A stretch of DNA of 64,000 nt from the NCBI RefSeq assembly GCF_964204645.1, contig NC_134030.1:22280210-22344209 (forward strand), read 5' to 3'. Numbering within the stretch: position 1 is the stretch's first letter; each line of letters opens with the position of its first letter. The position numbers and the translations under genes were made by a program. A model generated the notes under the pieces. The model did not search any database, had not been told where the DNA came from, and worked only from the letters and a program-made list of their open reading frames with translations. Source of the DNA: Tubulanus polymorphus (taxonomy: Eukaryota; Animalia; Nemertea). Shown here piece after piece: positions 63,346 through 64,000 of this stretch.

Positions 63346-64000
63346 ACGTCTATGATTATCAAGCGAATACTATAGACGAGATTATACGATTAATCGCAAA
63401 GGTGGGCTTAAAACGACACTGATGACCAGCCATTAGTGGCATGTTGAAGGAAGAAAGGCGCCTTCGTTCCGCCACTGGCAGGTAGCTCGGGTGGCTCCGA
63501 TTTTCTGTGCGCGGGCTCGTGAGAGGGGTGTCTCCGATTATCCGGCGACTCTCGATGTGTCTGCTCGGGTTTTAATGATAACAAAGATAACACACGTTTA
63601 TTATTAGAAATTTTTAAAAATATATTTATTTTCTGTAAACCATCAAGAAAGCAAATGGTAGACTGGTTGCCTGTCCCATTTGAAGATCGGTAACCAGTCT
63701 AAGCAGATGGTTGTTGATAAACTGGTTGCCGGTCTCTCAGTTGACTGCCAGCGCAAAATTGGACACAGTCAACAAGTCAAGGTTGGTACAAGACATTATT
63801 TTTGTAGTTTATTCATGACGTAAAAGGATTTGACATCCCAATAATACGATTTTTGTGAAGTTGTGTAACGTCATAGTGTTGTGCATGCCAAAATAAACTC
63901 GAAATCTCATTAACTCAGGAAGTTTTGAACTGGGTAACTCATGAACCCGGATATGACGTCTCAGGGCTTCCATAGTTATGAACTCGGAATTCCTCAACTA

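Overview
Eukaryotic (animal-like, intron-rich, AT-rich) genomic DNA; the species cannot be assigned from sequence alone. The left ~40 kb is an innate-immune-type cluster on the minus strand. It holds a multi-Ig-domain gene built from tandemly duplicated exons, a complete five-exon single-Ig receptor whose tail carries repeated YxxM motifs, an intact NACHT-LRR (NLR) exon plus NACHT pseudogene fragments, and a third Ig-TM gene. Minisatellites and decayed TEs (mariner-like, LINEs, Penelope, Gypsy) are interspersed. A complete 17.3-kb Polinton/Maverick-type endogenous virus (42877-60215; 93-bp TIRs, 6-bp TSD CTGGTT) appears to sit in an intron of the third Ig gene. It is the most unusual object here. 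Its protein-primed PolB is interrupted at catalytic motif C by a LAGLIDADG intein, and it encodes a protein resembling poxvirus late transcription factor VLTF3/A2. Most of its genes start within a poxvirus-late-like TAAATG motif, and it carries a GC-rich island that folds into a large, strand-specific RNA structure with twin palindromic GGCGCC loops. Together these suggest, by inference only, a virophage-like Polinton adapted to the cytoplasmic transcription machinery of a poxvirus/NCLDV-type helper. All family assignments come from motif recognition by eye; no database search was run.
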